The notes: a model not told the origin generated them from the sequence alone. A DNA stretch of 63,591 nt, filler included, from Malassezia furfur (GCA_052055015.1; 20 parts of 20 records of this genome joined end to end with filler, not necessarily neighbours in it); one strand, 5' to 3'. Numbered from the whole stretch's first letter, positions 32,622 to 44,865 are shown. Made by a program: numbers and translations.

Positions 32622-33573
32622 CAGGGTCTTGGCAAGGAGGGATTGGGCCAGCTGGCCCCGGCCTTTCGAGAAAGGGTGCGGGGGAGCGTGGCCTAACGTG
32701 TGGGGATATGTGTGCGACGCGATGCGTGATGGTTGGGCGCGTCTGGACGGGTCAGTCGATATGGTAGGGTAACCCGGTAGGGGACCCCATCCGGGTTTGG
32801 GATCTTTCGCGGCCTCAGCACCTTGCACGCCCATGTGCGGGGCTCTGTTTGTTGCAAGCGGCGTTGTCATTCGTGCGCCGTGCTCGTGTATATCGGCTGA
32901 GTGACAGGACCGTTCCTATGCCAGGGTGCTATGTCGGCACCTGCGCTCCGGAGCCGCCCGCCGTACGTCTGTTGCAAAGCATGCCTCTGCCTCGCACACG
33001 GTATCTGCGGCCGCCATACCTGACCTGTGTCTGTGTGCCTTGACCGGTGCAGACACTGGGGACTTGGTCGTTGGTCTGCCGAACGCTGGCCGACTCGCTC
33101 GCGTGAGGAACCGCCTGCTCCTGTTCCGCCAAGTGCACACTCAGCTGTGGCCCCGCAGCACAGGTCGCCGTCTTGCTTGGCAAAGATGCTGTGCGTGCGG
33201 GGCCATGAATATGTGCCCAGGCGTGGCCGCCTTGGACGTCTGCGAGTCCTATGCATGTCAGGCCGCGATGGAAGGGTACGCTGCCATGCGAGACGAAGCA
33301 GATGGTCGATAGACAGGCAGGCCTTTTGTACTATGGAACTGGCGGCGTTTTACGGCGGGCGTGCTGGGTCGCCGCCGACGACTCTGGTGAGCAGGCTAGG
33401 TAGGAACTCGGCATGTCCAGGGCGCTGCGTAGACTCGGCCCTTTTTCTCCCGCCCGGCACCGCATGGGGACCCTGAGCGCCCCCCGCCGACGTGTGCGGC
33501 GCAGCAGCCCCATCCTTCCCCCGGGCCGAGCGCCCCCTATTGATCCGTATCCTTTTCCTTCTATGCATTTTGT

Positions 33574-35277
33574 TTACAGCCACGGGATCCACGTCGGGTC
33601 CTGGAGCGCGAGCTTGCTGGGGTGGCTCGCGTAGTTGATCAGGTCGAGCACCGCCTGGTTGACGGGGGTCGCCGACGTCTTGTCCTGGCCGTAGTGGCAC
33701 GACATGAGCCGTGCGCGCTTGACGATCTCGAGCACGTTCTGCATCACGAGCTCGATCGACGGCTCGACGTTCTTGGGCACCTGGCGCTGGATGCCGCTGA
33801 ACCAAAAGTGCAGTTCGTCGCGCACAAAGATCCCGAGGTAGTCCTGCAGGCCGTGTTCCGAGAGCGCCAGCGCGCTGCCGAGTGCCGTGAAGCTGCTCGT
33901 GACGATGCCCTCGATGCCCACGGCGCCGATAAAGTGCTGGATGTTGGGGCTCAAGCGGAACGGCGTGGGGTCGGGCGACTTGAAGTGCGGGGCGGTGGGC
34001 GAGAAGGTCGGGACGACGTCCGACATGATCACGGCGCCGCTTGCGCGCGACACGTGGATGCGGCCCGGGAAGCGTGCGCTGATGAACAGGATGTACGTCA
34101 GGAACATGGTCGTGGCCATCTGCAGCGTGAATTGCTTGCGCAGGAGCCACAGGTCGGCGGGCGACGACATGGTGCGCGTCATGTAGTTCGTCAGGATGTT
34201 GTCCGAGATCATCTTGACGCTGATCTCCTCCATGAGCTCCATGCGCAGGTTCGCAAAGTCGACGTTCGTGCGGCTGTGCGAGCCGCCGTCCCACGTCGCG
34301 CGCATCTTCTCCACCCACGCCACGATCGGGTCGTCTTTCCCGATCCCGATCTCCTTGCAGTGCCGCTCGTAGACGTCCTGCAGGCTGACAAACGCCTCGT
34401 CGTAGTTGAGCAGGCGCAGCTGCGGCGAGATCGGCACGGCCGTCGGCACGTTGAACGCCAGCCCGCGCTTGCGCGTCTGGATCTTGCGCTCGAGCACCGT
34501 GTTGAGCAGGCGCAGCAGCTGGAAGATGCGCTCCTCCCGGCGGCAGTAGCGCGCCGAGGGCAGCTGCACCGCAAACGCATAGCGCGCGCCCTTGTTGCTC
34601 AGGATCGTGATGCGCCGGTTGCACATGCCGTTCGAGCGGAGCAGGCCGTACTCGGGCAGGAAGCGGCTGATGCGCTCAAAGTGCGCGTTGTTGTCCGCCA
34701 GCTGCAGGTACTGCCCGGGGATCTCCACCTCGTCAAACTTCTGGTGCTGGAACTCCACGAGGTAGTGGCTGCAGTGCTCGAGGTGCTGCCGCTTCGGGCG
34801 GCGGTCGAGCGACTCCTCGTACCGGTCGCGCCAGCGCTGCAGCCGCGCGACGTACTCGCGCAGCGTCGGCTTGCTCCGCACAAAGTCGTTCTCGAACGCC
34901 GTCTTGAGCGGGCCCGGCGGCAGGTTCTCCGCAAAGAGCGTCACGTTCATCTGCGACGTCTGCGGCAGCTGCCCGTTGTCGGTGGTGAGCGGCGCGCGGT
35001 GGATGTACTGCTGCAGCGCATCGTTCAGCAGCGCGTTCGTCAGCCGGTAGATGTCCTCGTCGTTGCTCGGCTTGAAGCGCTGCTGCAGCTGGTCCGCCAT
35101 GTTTTCCATCGTGAGCGCCAGCAGGGGGAACGCCGTCTTGAGGATGTTGAGCACCTCGTCGATGTGGTCCCACGGGTTGCGCTGCGTCTCTTTGTCGTCC
35201 GTGGGGGGGGCCGGCGCCGCGGACTGCCCGCCGGGCTGTTCGGCAGCGCCGCTCGGCTGCCCCGCAGGCGGCCCCGC
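33574..35277 (-). CDS. TRA1: Tra1/TRRAP PIKK pseudokinase, C-terminal part, 5' truncated
   Basis: 'ILKTAFPLLALTME', 'FQHQKFDEVEIPGQYL', 'RYCRREERIFQL', 'PFRLSPNIQ', FATC 'LALQDPTWIPWL'. Confidence 0.95.
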   Translation of the reverse strand, partial: AGPPAGQPSGAAEQPGGQSAAPAPPTDDKETQRNPWDHIDEVLNILKTAFPLLALTMENMADQLQQRFKPSNDEDIYRLTNALLNDALQQYIHRAPLTTDNGQLPQTSQMNVTLFAENLPPGPLKTAFENDFVRSKPTLREYVARLQRWRDRYEESLDRRPKRQHLEHCSHYLVEFQHQKFDEVEIPGQYLQLADNNAHFERISRFLPEYGLLRSNGMCNRRITILSNKGARYAFAVQLPSARYCRREERIFQLLRLLNTVLERKIQTRKRGLAFNVPTAVPISPQLRLLNYDEAFVSLQDVYERHCKEIGIGKDDPIVAWVEKMRATWDGGSHSRTNVDFANLRMELMEEISVKMISDNILTNYMTRTMSSPADLWLLRKQFTLQMATTMFLTYILFISARFPGRIHVSRASGAVIMSDVVPTFSPTAPHFKSPDPTPFRLSPNIQHFIGAVGIEGIVTSSFTALGSALALSEHGLQDYLGIFVRDELHFWFSGIQRQVPKNVEPSIELVMQNVLEIVKRARLMSCHYGQDKTSATPVNQAVLDLINYASHPSKLALQDPTWIPWL

Positions 35278-35377
35278 NNNNNNNNNNNNNNNNNNNNNNN
35301 NNNNNNNNNNNNNNNNNNNNNTTAATTAATTAANNNNNNNNNNNNNNNNNNNNNNNNNNNNNNNNNNNNNNNNNNNN

Positions 35378-35857
35378 CGCCGGACCAGCCGCCTTGGGCG
35401 GCGCGTCACCGGCGGGTGTGCGTGCCGCGCCGCGCCGAAAGGCAATGCCGAGATCCTTGGCCATGCGGCGCTGGCGCTTTTCCTCGCGCGTGAGCGCAGC
35501 GTCGCTCGGCTTCGTGAGCTGTGCGCGCTTCTCCGCGGCATGTGCCTTGGCCTTTTGCAGCGCAGGCGGCTTCGCGCGCTCTTTGCCCTTGGCCTTTTCG
35601 ATCGCAGCCTTCTCGGTGCGTGCGGCGGCGGCGGCGCGGCGCTCGGCGAGCGCGGCGTCGCGCACGGCCGCGCGCTGTGCTTCCTGCGCACGCTGCCGTT
35701 CCTTGGCGAGCCAGCGCGCGCGCTCCTCCTGCCGGCGCTGCGCCTCGCGCTGCGCCTCGTTCTTCTTCGCCTCGCTCTCGGCGATTTTGCGCGCGACCTC
35801 CTCGCGCTGCGCAGCCGCGCGCTCCTGTGCCTGGCGCTTGAGCGCCTCAAACTGCAT
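35378..35857 (-). CDS. Probable Spt2 chromatin protein, N-terminal coiled coil, 3' truncated
   Basis: 'MQFEALK', long charged coiled coil and 'ALTREEKRQRR', resembling basidiomycete SPT2 N-termini. The diagnostic C-terminal domain is not in the contig. Confidence 0.55.
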
Positions 35858-35949
35858 CGCGCGCGGACGAGTGGAGGAACCTCGCAAGGCCGGCGCGGCG
35901 CGTGTTGCCAACACGTGCGACACGCCGCACGCGCCGATCCACACCCACC

Positions 35950-38389
35950 ATGCCCCGCACGCCGTCGGCGGACGACCCCGCGCCGCACGCGCCGTGGCAC
36001 GCGCCGTGTGCGCTGTTCGTTGCGACGGGCGCGCTGCAGCGGCCCACCGCACACACGCAGGCGCTGCAGACCGTGCCGGAGGACGCCGACGAGGCGCGCA
36101 CCGCAGCGCCCGCCGCACCGCGCAGCGCCGTCGAGCAGTGCCGCGCGCACGCGCGCGCCGAGGGCTACGACACGATCGCGATCGAGCTCACGAACGCGCG
36201 GTGGCGCGAGCGCTGGGAACGCCTGTGCCTCGTGCCGGACACGGAGCCGGGCGGCGCCGCGCTGCCGCGCAGCAGCAGCCGCGCGACGATGGCCTCGGCG
36301 ACGGCCGTGCCGCGCAGTGCGTCGCACACGCGCCTCGAGGCCGAGGCGTGGCGCGCGCACCCGCACTTTGCGCGCGCAGAGCTGCACCTCGTGCGCGCCG
36401 ACGAGGCGCGCGACGCCGTCGTCGTGCTGAGCCAGTGGCTCGAGCTCGACGCGCTCGACGAGGGCGTGCGTCTCGACGCGGAGCTTGCGCTGCAGCAGGA
36501 GGTCGCGTACGCGTCGTACCTCGGCGCGTCGCACGTCGTGCTGCCGCCACCGAGCAGCGACCCGGCGCGGCGTGTGCACCTCGCGGACTATGCGCGCGCC
36601 GTCCACAACGTGCTGACGGGCGTCGCAGGCGGCGCGGCACCGGTGCTGCCGACGATGCGCGTGTCGGTGCGCCTGCCGGTGAGCTCGCCGCACATCCTTG
36701 CATCGATGCTCGTGCGCCAGGCGACGCGCTCGGCGCGCGGCACGCCGGCGATGCCGGCCGCCGCCTACCTGCGCACCAACGACAACTGGGCGTGGGAGAC
36801 GTGGGAGGCGGTCCAGACGCTGTGCCACTACCACCCGCAGCTGCACGTCGCGCTCGACCTGTCGATGCCGCTCCCGCCCACGACCGCCATGGTGCGCTGG
36901 CGCGCCGAGCCCGTCGCGCTCGTGTGGCTGCCCTCGACGTCGTTCCTCGCGAACGCACGCGGCTACCCCGTGCTGTCCAAGTCGGCGCAGCGCCTCGTGC
37001 ACGAGCTGCTGCCGCGCGCGCCGACCATCGTGCTCAGCGACACACACGCACCGCCCGCACAGCACACGCGCGGCGGGCCGGGCGCCTACCTGCAGTACCT
37101 GCACCACCTGCTCCGCACGGCGCCGCCGCCGCCCAAGATCGCCGCGTTCGCGCACGGCTACGCGGACCAGCTGCAGGCGCCGCTGCAGCCCATGTCAGTC
37201 GACCTCGGCGCCGCGACGTACGACGTGTTCGAGGCGGACCCGGTCAAGTACGACGCGTACGAGCACGCGCTCTTCCAGGCGCTCACGCACCACGCCACGC
37301 CGCAGCGCACCGCGCGCGTCTGGGTCGTGGGCGCGGGGCAGGGCGCGCTCGTCACGCGCACGCTCGCGGCCGCCGAGCGCGCGTCGCGCGTCGTGCACAT
37401 CACCGCGCTCGAGAAGAACGGCGGCGCATGCATCGCGCTGCAGGACCGCGCGCTGCACGAGTGGGGCACGGAGCGCGTCGCCGTCGTCCAGGGCGACATG
37501 CGCACGCTGCCGGTGCCCGAGCGCGTCGAGGACCGCGCAGACATCGTGGTGAGCGAGCTGCTCGGCAGCTTTGCGGACAACGAGCTGGCACCCGAGTGCC
37601 TCGACGGCGCGATGCGCTTCCTGAAACGTACGTGTGCGACTGACCCAGCGGACGGCATCTCGATCCCGCGCGCCTACGTGCCGTACCTCGCGCCGGTCGC
37701 CGCCGCCAAGCTGCATGCGACCATCGGGCACGCCCAGAGCGGCGCAGCGCCCGCAGCGGGCACGGGCATGGGCACAAGCGTCGCACACACGACGTTCGAT
37801 GCGCCGTACGTCGTGCTCCTGCAGTCCGCCAACGTGCTCTCCGCGGACGACGGCGAGCACCTGGCCGTGCAGCCGTGCTGGCGCTTCGAGCACGGGCCGA
37901 TGGACACGAGCGGGCTGGTGTGCACCGCGGCCGGCCTGCCCGAGACGAACCAGCACAACGTGCGCACCGCCGCGCACACGTTTGCCATCCCGCACGCGGG
38001 CATCTGCCACGGCCTCGCGGGCTTCTTCGAGGCACACCTGTACGGCGACACGGTGCTCTCCATCCACCCGGACCCCGCGCGCGCGACGCCGGACATGATC
38101 AGCTGGTTCCCGCTGTTCTTCCCGTTCCGCACGCCGCTCTACCTGCCGGACCACAGCGAACTCGAGGTGCACATGTGGCGCCTCACCGACCAGCGCCGCG
38201 TGTGGTACGAGTGGAGCGCCGAGGCGTTCCTCGTGCTCGACCCCCGGCCCACGCCGCCCGCCGCCGCGCCCGCCGTAACCACGCCGCCCGCCGTGCCCGA
38301 CACGCACGGCGGCGCGTTCAGCAACGCGATGCACACGCCGAGCATGCCGTCCACGTCGACGTTCCTCGCGCCGCCCGACGCGCCCGAGC
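35950..38389 (+). CDS. HSL7: Protein arginine methyltransferase PRMT5/Skb1/Hsl7, 3' truncated; in-frame 21-nt intron at 37628-37648
   Basis: 'ALQQEVAYASYLG', 'YADQLQAPLQPM', 'TYDVFEADPVKY', 'VVGAGQGALV', 'DIVVSELLGSFADNELAPECLDG', spliced 'RFLKP|DGISIP', 'MISWFPLFFP', 'VWYEW'. Confidence 0.94.
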
Positions 38390-38668
38390 CGCGCGCGCAG
38401 GGATCGAGTACGAGTTCCCAGGATACCAATCGTGACTGTAGAGGNNNNNNNNNNNNNNNNNNNNNNNNNNNNNNNNNNNNNNNNNNNNTTAATTAATTAA
38501 NNNNNNNNNNNNNNNNNNNNNNNNNNNNNNNNNNNNNNNNNNNNCCTCCTCCTGCATCGTGGATGCCAGGGAGGACCAAAAAAGTTTCTGCACGTGACCT
38601 CATCGATCTCGGTATCGGGCACACTGCAACGCCGAGACTCACGTGGTGACACGCTGTACGACGCTTCG

Positions 38669-41606
38669 ATGGCGAGTGCCGCGCAAGCGACGGTGCTCCC
38701 ACCGAGCAACACCGGCTTGGTGGGCCAGGGGATGACGTACCTTGGTGCCCACGAGCTGAGCAAGCCATCGGAGCGTTATGTGTACATTTTCTGGATCCTG
38801 CTGGCGTGCATGGGCCTGATGCTGGGACTCGAGCACCTCGTGGGCCTCACGGACCGCACGTTTTTCGGCGCATTGTGGTGCAAGTGGTCGACGTCGAACC
38901 GCGTCGCGCGGCTCTTGCGTGCGCCGCGCCCTGCTGCGCAGGGTGCGGCGCTGCCACACACGCGCTCGCTCTTCCGACGCACAGTGTCGTTCCTGCAGCG
39001 CCATGCCTTTCTCTCGTTTAATCTCGGGCGGCTCACGGCGATCGTCGTCATACTGCTTCCTGTGCTGTGCCTGACGTTTATTGGATACGACTACATTGAT
39101 CCGCGCCGTGGCGTGTTTGAGATGGACACGTCGACCAAGACGACGCTCACGAAGCGCAGCGTGGCGTGGGGCATCGGCGACCACACGCCCATCTCGTTCC
39201 AGAAGCCGAACGGCACGCTGCCCTACCACACGTGGTGGACGATCGGGAGCCGCACGGGCGACATGTCGAACGCGCTGACGCCGCTGGTGGTGCTGTTTGC
39301 GCTGAAGCAGGTGCCGTTTGCACTGCTGGCGCTGCCCATCTTTGGCGGCTTCTCGCTCGACTCGCTCGGGTTCCTGCACAAGTGGGCCGGGTGCCTGCTG
39401 TGGGTGTACGCGACCGTGCACACCATCACATGGCTGATCCAAGTCGCAAAGGACGCGCACCGCATCCCCAACCTGTGGAACATTTTGCTGCACGTCCCGC
39501 GCTTCCGGTGGGCGCTGTGCGCCTACATCTTCTTGACGCTGCTTGTAATCTTTTCCGTGACGCCGTTCCGGCGCGCACACTACGAGATCTTCTACGTGAC
39601 GCACGTCGTGTGTGTGCTGGGCTTCATGATCGCGACGTGGGCGCACCACCCCCAGCTCGGGTGGTGGATGCTTGCGGCGCTGCTGCTGTGGATGCTCGAG
39701 CGGCTCACGCGCATCGTGCGCGTGATGTGGATCAACTACAGCGAGAAGCCCGCGTTCCTGCGCGACGCGAAGCACGCGCCGCTCCCCACGGCCCCGGAGC
39801 ACGAGCTGGCGCCGTACCCCAGCATGTACAGCACCGATGCGCTGAATGCGTCGCGTCTTGATCTGGGGGCGCCCGGGGGCTCTGCGACGCCCCTGTTCCC
39901 GTACGGGGCCAAGAATGCGTCCATCTCGGCGGTGGACCTCGGCGCCGAGCCGCTGCCCAAGCTCGCTCTGTCGCACAGTGCGTACAGCCTGCACGACGTC
40001 AGTGCATCGCTGCCGCCGAGCGGCACGAGCGACGGCCTCGACACGCCGCTGCACCCGCTCGCGCCCGCACCGCACGCGTACCCCCCGTCGCCGGATATGC
40101 GCAACGCATGGCGCCCCTCGGCGGCGCTCTCGCCCGTGCTGTCGGCCGCCGACACGCACGCAACCGACGCCGACAAGCGCGACGGCCATGCGGCGCCTGC
40201 GTCCGAGCGCGGCGTGACGATGGCGCTCGCCGCGCCGTTCCGCCCGGTGATCTCGCAGGATCTGCGCATGCAGCTGTTCCCCGGCTACGCGTTCATCCAG
40301 CCGCTCGCGGGGCACATGATGCGTCTCGTGCTGCGCACTGCATCGCCGCTGCGGTGGCGCCCCGGACAGTGGCTGTACCTGCAGCTCCCCCACCTCTCGT
40401 GGTTCCAGAGCCACCCGTTCACGATCGCGAGCTCGTTCACGAAGCGCAAGCGCGGGCTTGGACCCGGGGACGTCGCGGCCGAGGACGACTACGAGCAGCT
40501 CATCCTGCTGCTCATCCGCGTGCGCGGCGGCCTCACGCGCCGGCTGTGGGAGCATGTGCAGCGCGAGTGCCGGGCGCCGCAGGACGCTGCGCCGTCGCTG
40601 GCGCACTCCACGGCGTTCCCCGTGCTGGGCCGCGAAAAGGTCCCGTCGCAGGTGCGCGGTGTGTACATGCGCGCGATCATCGACGGGCCGTTTGGGAGCA
40701 GCGGGCGGATCGACTGGGGCGCGTACCAGAGCGCGGTGATTGTGTGCGGCGGCTCGGGTGTGTCGTACGGTATGTCGGTGCTCGACCACCTGTGCCGCGA
40801 GATTGCGCGCGTGCTGCGTGGCGAGGACGTGCGCGGCCTGTACGGGCGCCCCTTTCTGCTGCGCCGCGTGTGCTTTGTGTGGGTCATGCGCGAGTTTGCG
40901 CACCTGCAGTGGGCGGCGAGCGCGCTGCGTCTGTGCCTCGAGATGCTCCCGCCCGAGCACCTGCACGTGCAGATGTACGTCACGCACGTCAACCAAAAGC
41001 AGGTCGTCGAGCACCACTCGCCGACGCTCTCGGGCGCCGGCTCGCCGCCGATGCCGGCGCGGCCGAATGCGGACGCGTCGGGCACCAACACGGTGTCGTT
41101 TTCCGTGCCGGACGCTCCCGAGGACAACGTCGCGCCGCAGGTCGTCCAGGGCGACGACCTCGACCACGTTGCGCTCGGTGGCGACGACCTCACGCAGTTC
41201 GACCAGGAAGAGGACGAGCCGCTGACGCCGATGGACCGCCTCATGAACGAGCACATCATGCGCGAGGGCAAGCTGCGCCGCGCCAAGTCGCGCAAGCGCT
41301 CCATCCGCCGCCGCCAGCACGCACGCTCGCCGTCGCCGCCGCCCGCGCCGTCCGCGGGCTATGCGCGGCAGCATGCCGACTGGCAGGCACGCAACGAGCT
41401 GCAGAACGCGCGTGAGGCCCCGCGTGATACGCGCGTCGAGCGCCCCATCACGACGCCGGGCTCGCTCATGGCGTTTACGGAGCAGGCCTTTGCTGCGCCC
41501 ACGGCCGCCACGCCGGGATTTGCGGCGCTCGTGCCCCCGACGCCACTCGACGCGCCCGGCCGCGAGTCGAGTCCGGCGGGGACGCCCGGCGCGGTGCGCG
41601 CCATGA
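38669..41606 (+). CDS. Ferric reductase / NOX-superfamily membrane protein, 3' truncated
   Basis: Haem-His TM helices ('FLHKW', 'YEIFYVTH', 'WAHHP'), FAD 'WRPGQWLYL...SHPFTIAS', NADPH 'IDGPFG', 'VCGGSGVS', 'FVWVMR'. Confidence 0.9.
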
Positions 41607-41707
41607 NNNNNNNNNNNNNNNNNNNNNNNNNNNNNNNNNNNNNNNNNNNNTTAATTAATTAANNNNNNNNNNNNNNNNNNNNNNNNNNNNNNNNNNNNNN
41701 NNNNNNC

Positions 41708-44455
41708 CGCAACTACATCTCGGACGCCGAGCTTGACCAGTACCTGCCGTCCGAGGGCTACCAAATTGTGCCGCCTCCACCTGGGTACGAGCCGGTGCAG
41801 AGCGGCGCGGAGCCGGCGTCCGGCGGCTACGAGCTGCCCGCGGCCTCCGACGGCGCGCGCGCGTCCGCGGGCCTGCCCGAGATGGTCGCGGACGTGTCGA
41901 CGGAGGTGCCCGGGATCGGCGAGCTCGCGTTCCTCAAGCCCGAGGACCAGACCTACTTCCGTGCGGCGCTCGAGGAGGAGGGCCCCCAGCGCCTGCCGAA
42001 GGAGGCGCGGCGCGAGCGGCTCATCCTGCAGCTGCTGCTCAAGATCAAGAACGGGACGCCCGCGCTGCGCAAGGCGGCGCTGAAGCAGCTCACCGACAGC
42101 GCGCGCATGCTCGGCGCCGGGCCGCTGTTCGACAAGATCCTGCCGCTGCTGATGGAGCGCTCGCTCGAGGACCAGGAGCGCCACCTGCTCGTCAAGGTGG
42201 TCGACCGCGTGCTGTACCGTCTCGACGACCTCGTGCGCCCGTACGTGCACCGCATCCTCGTCGTCATCGAGCCGCTGCTCATCGACGAGGACTACTTTGT
42301 GCGCGTCGAGGGCCGCGAGATCATCAGCAACCTCGCCAAGGCCGCGGGCCTCGCGCACATGATCAGCACGATGCGGCCGGACATTGACCACGCCGACGAG
42401 TACGTGCGGAACACGACGGCGCGCGCGCTGGCGGTGGTGGCGACGTCGCTCGGTGTGCCGGCGCTGCTGCCGTTCCTGCGCGCCGTGTGCCGCTCGAAGA
42501 AGAGCTGGCACGCGCGGCACACGGCGGTGCGCGTCGTGCAGCAGATCGCGATCGCGCTCGGCGTCGGGGTGCTGCCGCACCTGCGAGCGCTCGTCGAGTG
42601 CATCGCGCACGGCCTCGAGGACGAGCAGCCGAAGGTGCGCACAATGACCGCGCTGGCGCTCGCGGCGCTTGCCGAGGCCGCGGCGCCGTACGGCATCGAG
42701 AGCTTTGAGCACGTGCTCAAGCCGCTGTGGCTCGGCGTGCGGCAGCAGCGGGGCAAGGGCCTGGCGGCGTTCCTGAAGGCGGTGGGGTTCATTGTGCCGC
42801 TCATGGACGCGGACGCGACGCTCTACTTTGTCAAAGAGATCACGCCGACGCTCGTGCGCGAGTTCGGCTCCGCGGACGACGAGATGCGGCGCATTGTGCT
42901 GCGCGTCGTGCAGCAGTGTGCGCAGGCGGAGGGCGTGAGCGGAGCGTATGTGCGCGAGGCGCTGCTGCCCGACTTCCTGCGCCACTTCTGGGTGCGGCGC
43001 ATGGCGCTCGACCGGCGCAACGTGCGCGAGGTGGTGCGGAGCACGGTGGCGGTCGCGCACAAGGTCGGCACGGCGGATGTGGTGGCGCGGCTCGTGCACC
43101 TGCTCAAGGACGACAGCGAGCCGTTCCGGCGCATGGCGCTCGATGCGATCCGCGAGGTCGTCGCGCAGCTCGGCACGGCGGGCGTCGACGAGCGGCTCGA
43201 GGCGCTGCTCGTGGACGGGATGCTGTACGCGTTCCAGGAGCAGAGCGTCGAGGACCGCGTCGTGCTCGACGGCGTGGGCACCGTCGCGGCGGGCCTCGGC
43301 ACGCGCATGCAGCCGTACCTGACGCAGATCGTGTCGACGATCCTGTGGCGCCTCAACAACAAGAACGCGCAGACGCGGCAGCAGGCGGCGGACCTCACGA
43401 CGAAGCTCGCGCCGGTGCTGCAGCAGTGTGGCGAGGAGGCGCTGCTCGCGAACCTCGGCGTGGTGCTGTTTGAGCAGCTCGGCGAGGAGTTCCCCGAGGC
43501 GCTCGCGAGCATCATCGCCGCCGAGGGCGCGATCGCCGACGCGGTCGGCATGACGCACATGAGCCCGCCGGTCAAGGACCTGCTGCCGCGCATGACGCCC
43601 ATCCTGCGCAACCGCCACGAGCGCGTGCAGGAGGCGAGCATCCAGCTGATTGGCCGGATCGCCGATCGCGGCGCCGAGTTTGTGAGCGCGCGCGAGTGGA
43701 TGCGGATCTGCTTCGAGCTGCTCGACCTGCTCAAGGCGCACCGCAAGTCGGTGCGCCGCGCGGCCGTGAACAGCTTCGGGTACATTGCCAAGGCGATCGG
43801 GCCGCAGGACGTGCTCCAGGTCCTGCTCACCAACCTGCGCGTGCAGGAGCGCCAGAGCCGCGTGTGCTCCACGGTCGCGATCGCGATCGTCGCCGAGACG
43901 TGCGGGCCGTTCACGTGCCTGCCGGCGATCCTCAACGAGTACCGCACGCCCGAGTCGAGCGTGCAGCACGGGTGCCTCAAGGCGCTCGGCTGGGTGTTTG
44001 AGTACATCGGCGAGATGAGCAAGGACTACGTGTACAGCGTCGTGACGCTCCTCGACGACGCGCTCACCGACCGCGACCCCGTGCAGCGCCAGTCGGCCGC
44101 GAGCATCGTCAAGCACCTCGCGCTCGGCACCGCGGGCCTCGGCCAGGAGGACAGCATGCAGCACCTGCTCAACCTCGTGTGGCCCAACCTCTTCGAGACG
44201 TCGCCGCACGTGATCCAGTCCGTGATGGACGCCGTCGAGGCGCTGCGCGTGTCGCTCGGGCCGGGCGTGCTGCTGTACCACACGCTCCAGGGTCTCTTCC
44301 ACCCGGCACGCAAGGTGCGCGAGGTGTACGTGCGCACGTACAACACCAACTACCTCGGCGCCCAGGACGCGCTCGTGCCCTACTACCCGCGCCTCGCCGC
44401 GTTCAACTCGGCGCGCAACGACTACACGCGCCACGCGCTCGACACCCTCCTGTAG
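41708..44455 (+). CDS. HSH155: U2 snRNP subunit SF3B1 (Hsh155/Prp10), HEAT repeats, 5' truncated
   Basis: '[10 protein letters not shown]', '[15 protein letters not shown]', '[14 protein letters not shown]', '[11 protein letters not shown]', '[12 protein letters not shown]', '[12 protein letters not shown]'. Confidence 0.97.
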   Translation, partial: RNYISDAELDQYLPSEGYQIVPPPPGYEPVQSGAEPASGGYELPAASDGARASAGLPEMVADVSTEVPGIGELAFLKPEDQTYFRAALEEEGPQRLPKEARRERLILQLLLKIKNGTPALRKAALKQLTDSARMLGAGPLFDKILPLLMERSLEDQERHLLVKVVDRVLYRLDDLVRPYVHRILVVIEPLLIDEDYFVRVEGREIISNLAKAAGLAHMISTMRPDIDHADEYVRNTTARALAVVATSLGVPALLPFLRAVCRSKKSWHARHTAVRVVQQIAIALGVGVLPHLRALVECIAHGLEDEQPKVRTMTALALAALAEAAAPYGIESFEHVLKPLWLGVRQQRGKGLAAFLKAVGFIVPLMDADATLYFVKEITPTLVREFGSADDEMRRIVLRVVQQCAQAEGVSGAYVREALLPDFLRHFWVRRMALDRRNVREVVRSTVAVAHKVGTADVVARLVHLLKDDSEPFRRMALDAIREVVAQLGTAGVDERLEALLVDGMLYAFQEQSVEDRVVLDGVGTVAAGLGTRMQPYLTQIVSTILWRLNNKNAQTRQQAADLTTKLAPVLQQCGEEALLANLGVVLFEQLGEEFPEALASIIAAEGAIADAVGMTHMSPPVKDLLPRMTPILRNRHERVQEASIQLIGRIADRGAEFVSAREWMRICFELLDLLKAHRKSVRRAAVNSFGYIAKAIGPQDVLQVLLTNLRVQERQSRVCSTVAIAIVAETCGPFTCLPAILNEYRTPESSVQHGCLKALGWVFEYIGEMSKDYVYSVVTLLDDALTDRDPVQRQSAASIVKHLALGTAGLGQEDSMQHLLNLVWPNLFETSPHVIQSVMDAVEALRVSLGPGVLLYHTLQGLFHPARKVREVYVRTYNTNYLGAQDALVPYYPRLAAFNSARNDYTRHALDTLL

Positions 44456-44476
44456 GCTTTAGTCAGCCCCACCTCC

Positions 44477-44764
44477 ATGCACGTCCTGCCGTACCTCGCC
44501 GTGCAGCCCGACGCGGCGGACGCGTGGGCCGACGTGCGCACCGGCGCCGCGCCCAGCGCCACCGTGTGGGCCAGCGCGTACCGCGCCGCGCCGCAGCGCA
44601 CCCATGTCCACGCACACGTGCACATCGCCGACCACGGGCGCACGCTCACCTCCACCGACCCCGCCCTCGCCGTGCACGCGCGCTCCGCGTCGGGCGTGGC
44701 CGTGGCGTGCGCGCCGCTCGGCATGCCCCCCACGGACGTGCACCTCGCGACGCGCACGGGCCTG
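44477..44764 (+). CDS. N-terminus of a probable PAAF1/Rpn14 proteasome assembly chaperone, 3' truncated
   Basis: 'VLPYLAVQPDA...VWASAYR...VHAHV' resembles the PAAF1 N-terminal 'IQxD...FWVSCYK...SVHG' pattern. WD40 repeats are not reached. Confidence 0.55.
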
Positions 44765-44865
44765 NNNNNNNNNNNNNNNNNNNNNNNNNNNNNNNNNNNN
44801 NNNNNNNNTTAATTAATTAANNNNNNNNNNNNNNNNNNNNNNNNNNNNNNNNNNNNNNNNNNNNG

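Noticed and set aside
32926..33312. 128-aa ORF and neighbouring ORFs in the atypical block
   Set aside because: Non-ATG start, codon usage unlike host genes, no recognisable motif. A possible GTACGT...CAG intron (32963-33052) yields only a short peptide.
42503..42545. SF3B1 has Arg at the position equivalent to human hotspot K666 ([10 protein letters not shown]) as an adaptation to tiny introns
   Set aside because: From memory Arg occurs here in other fungi with ordinary introns, and the R625, H662, K700 and G742 equivalents are conserved. An alignment is needed before any claim.
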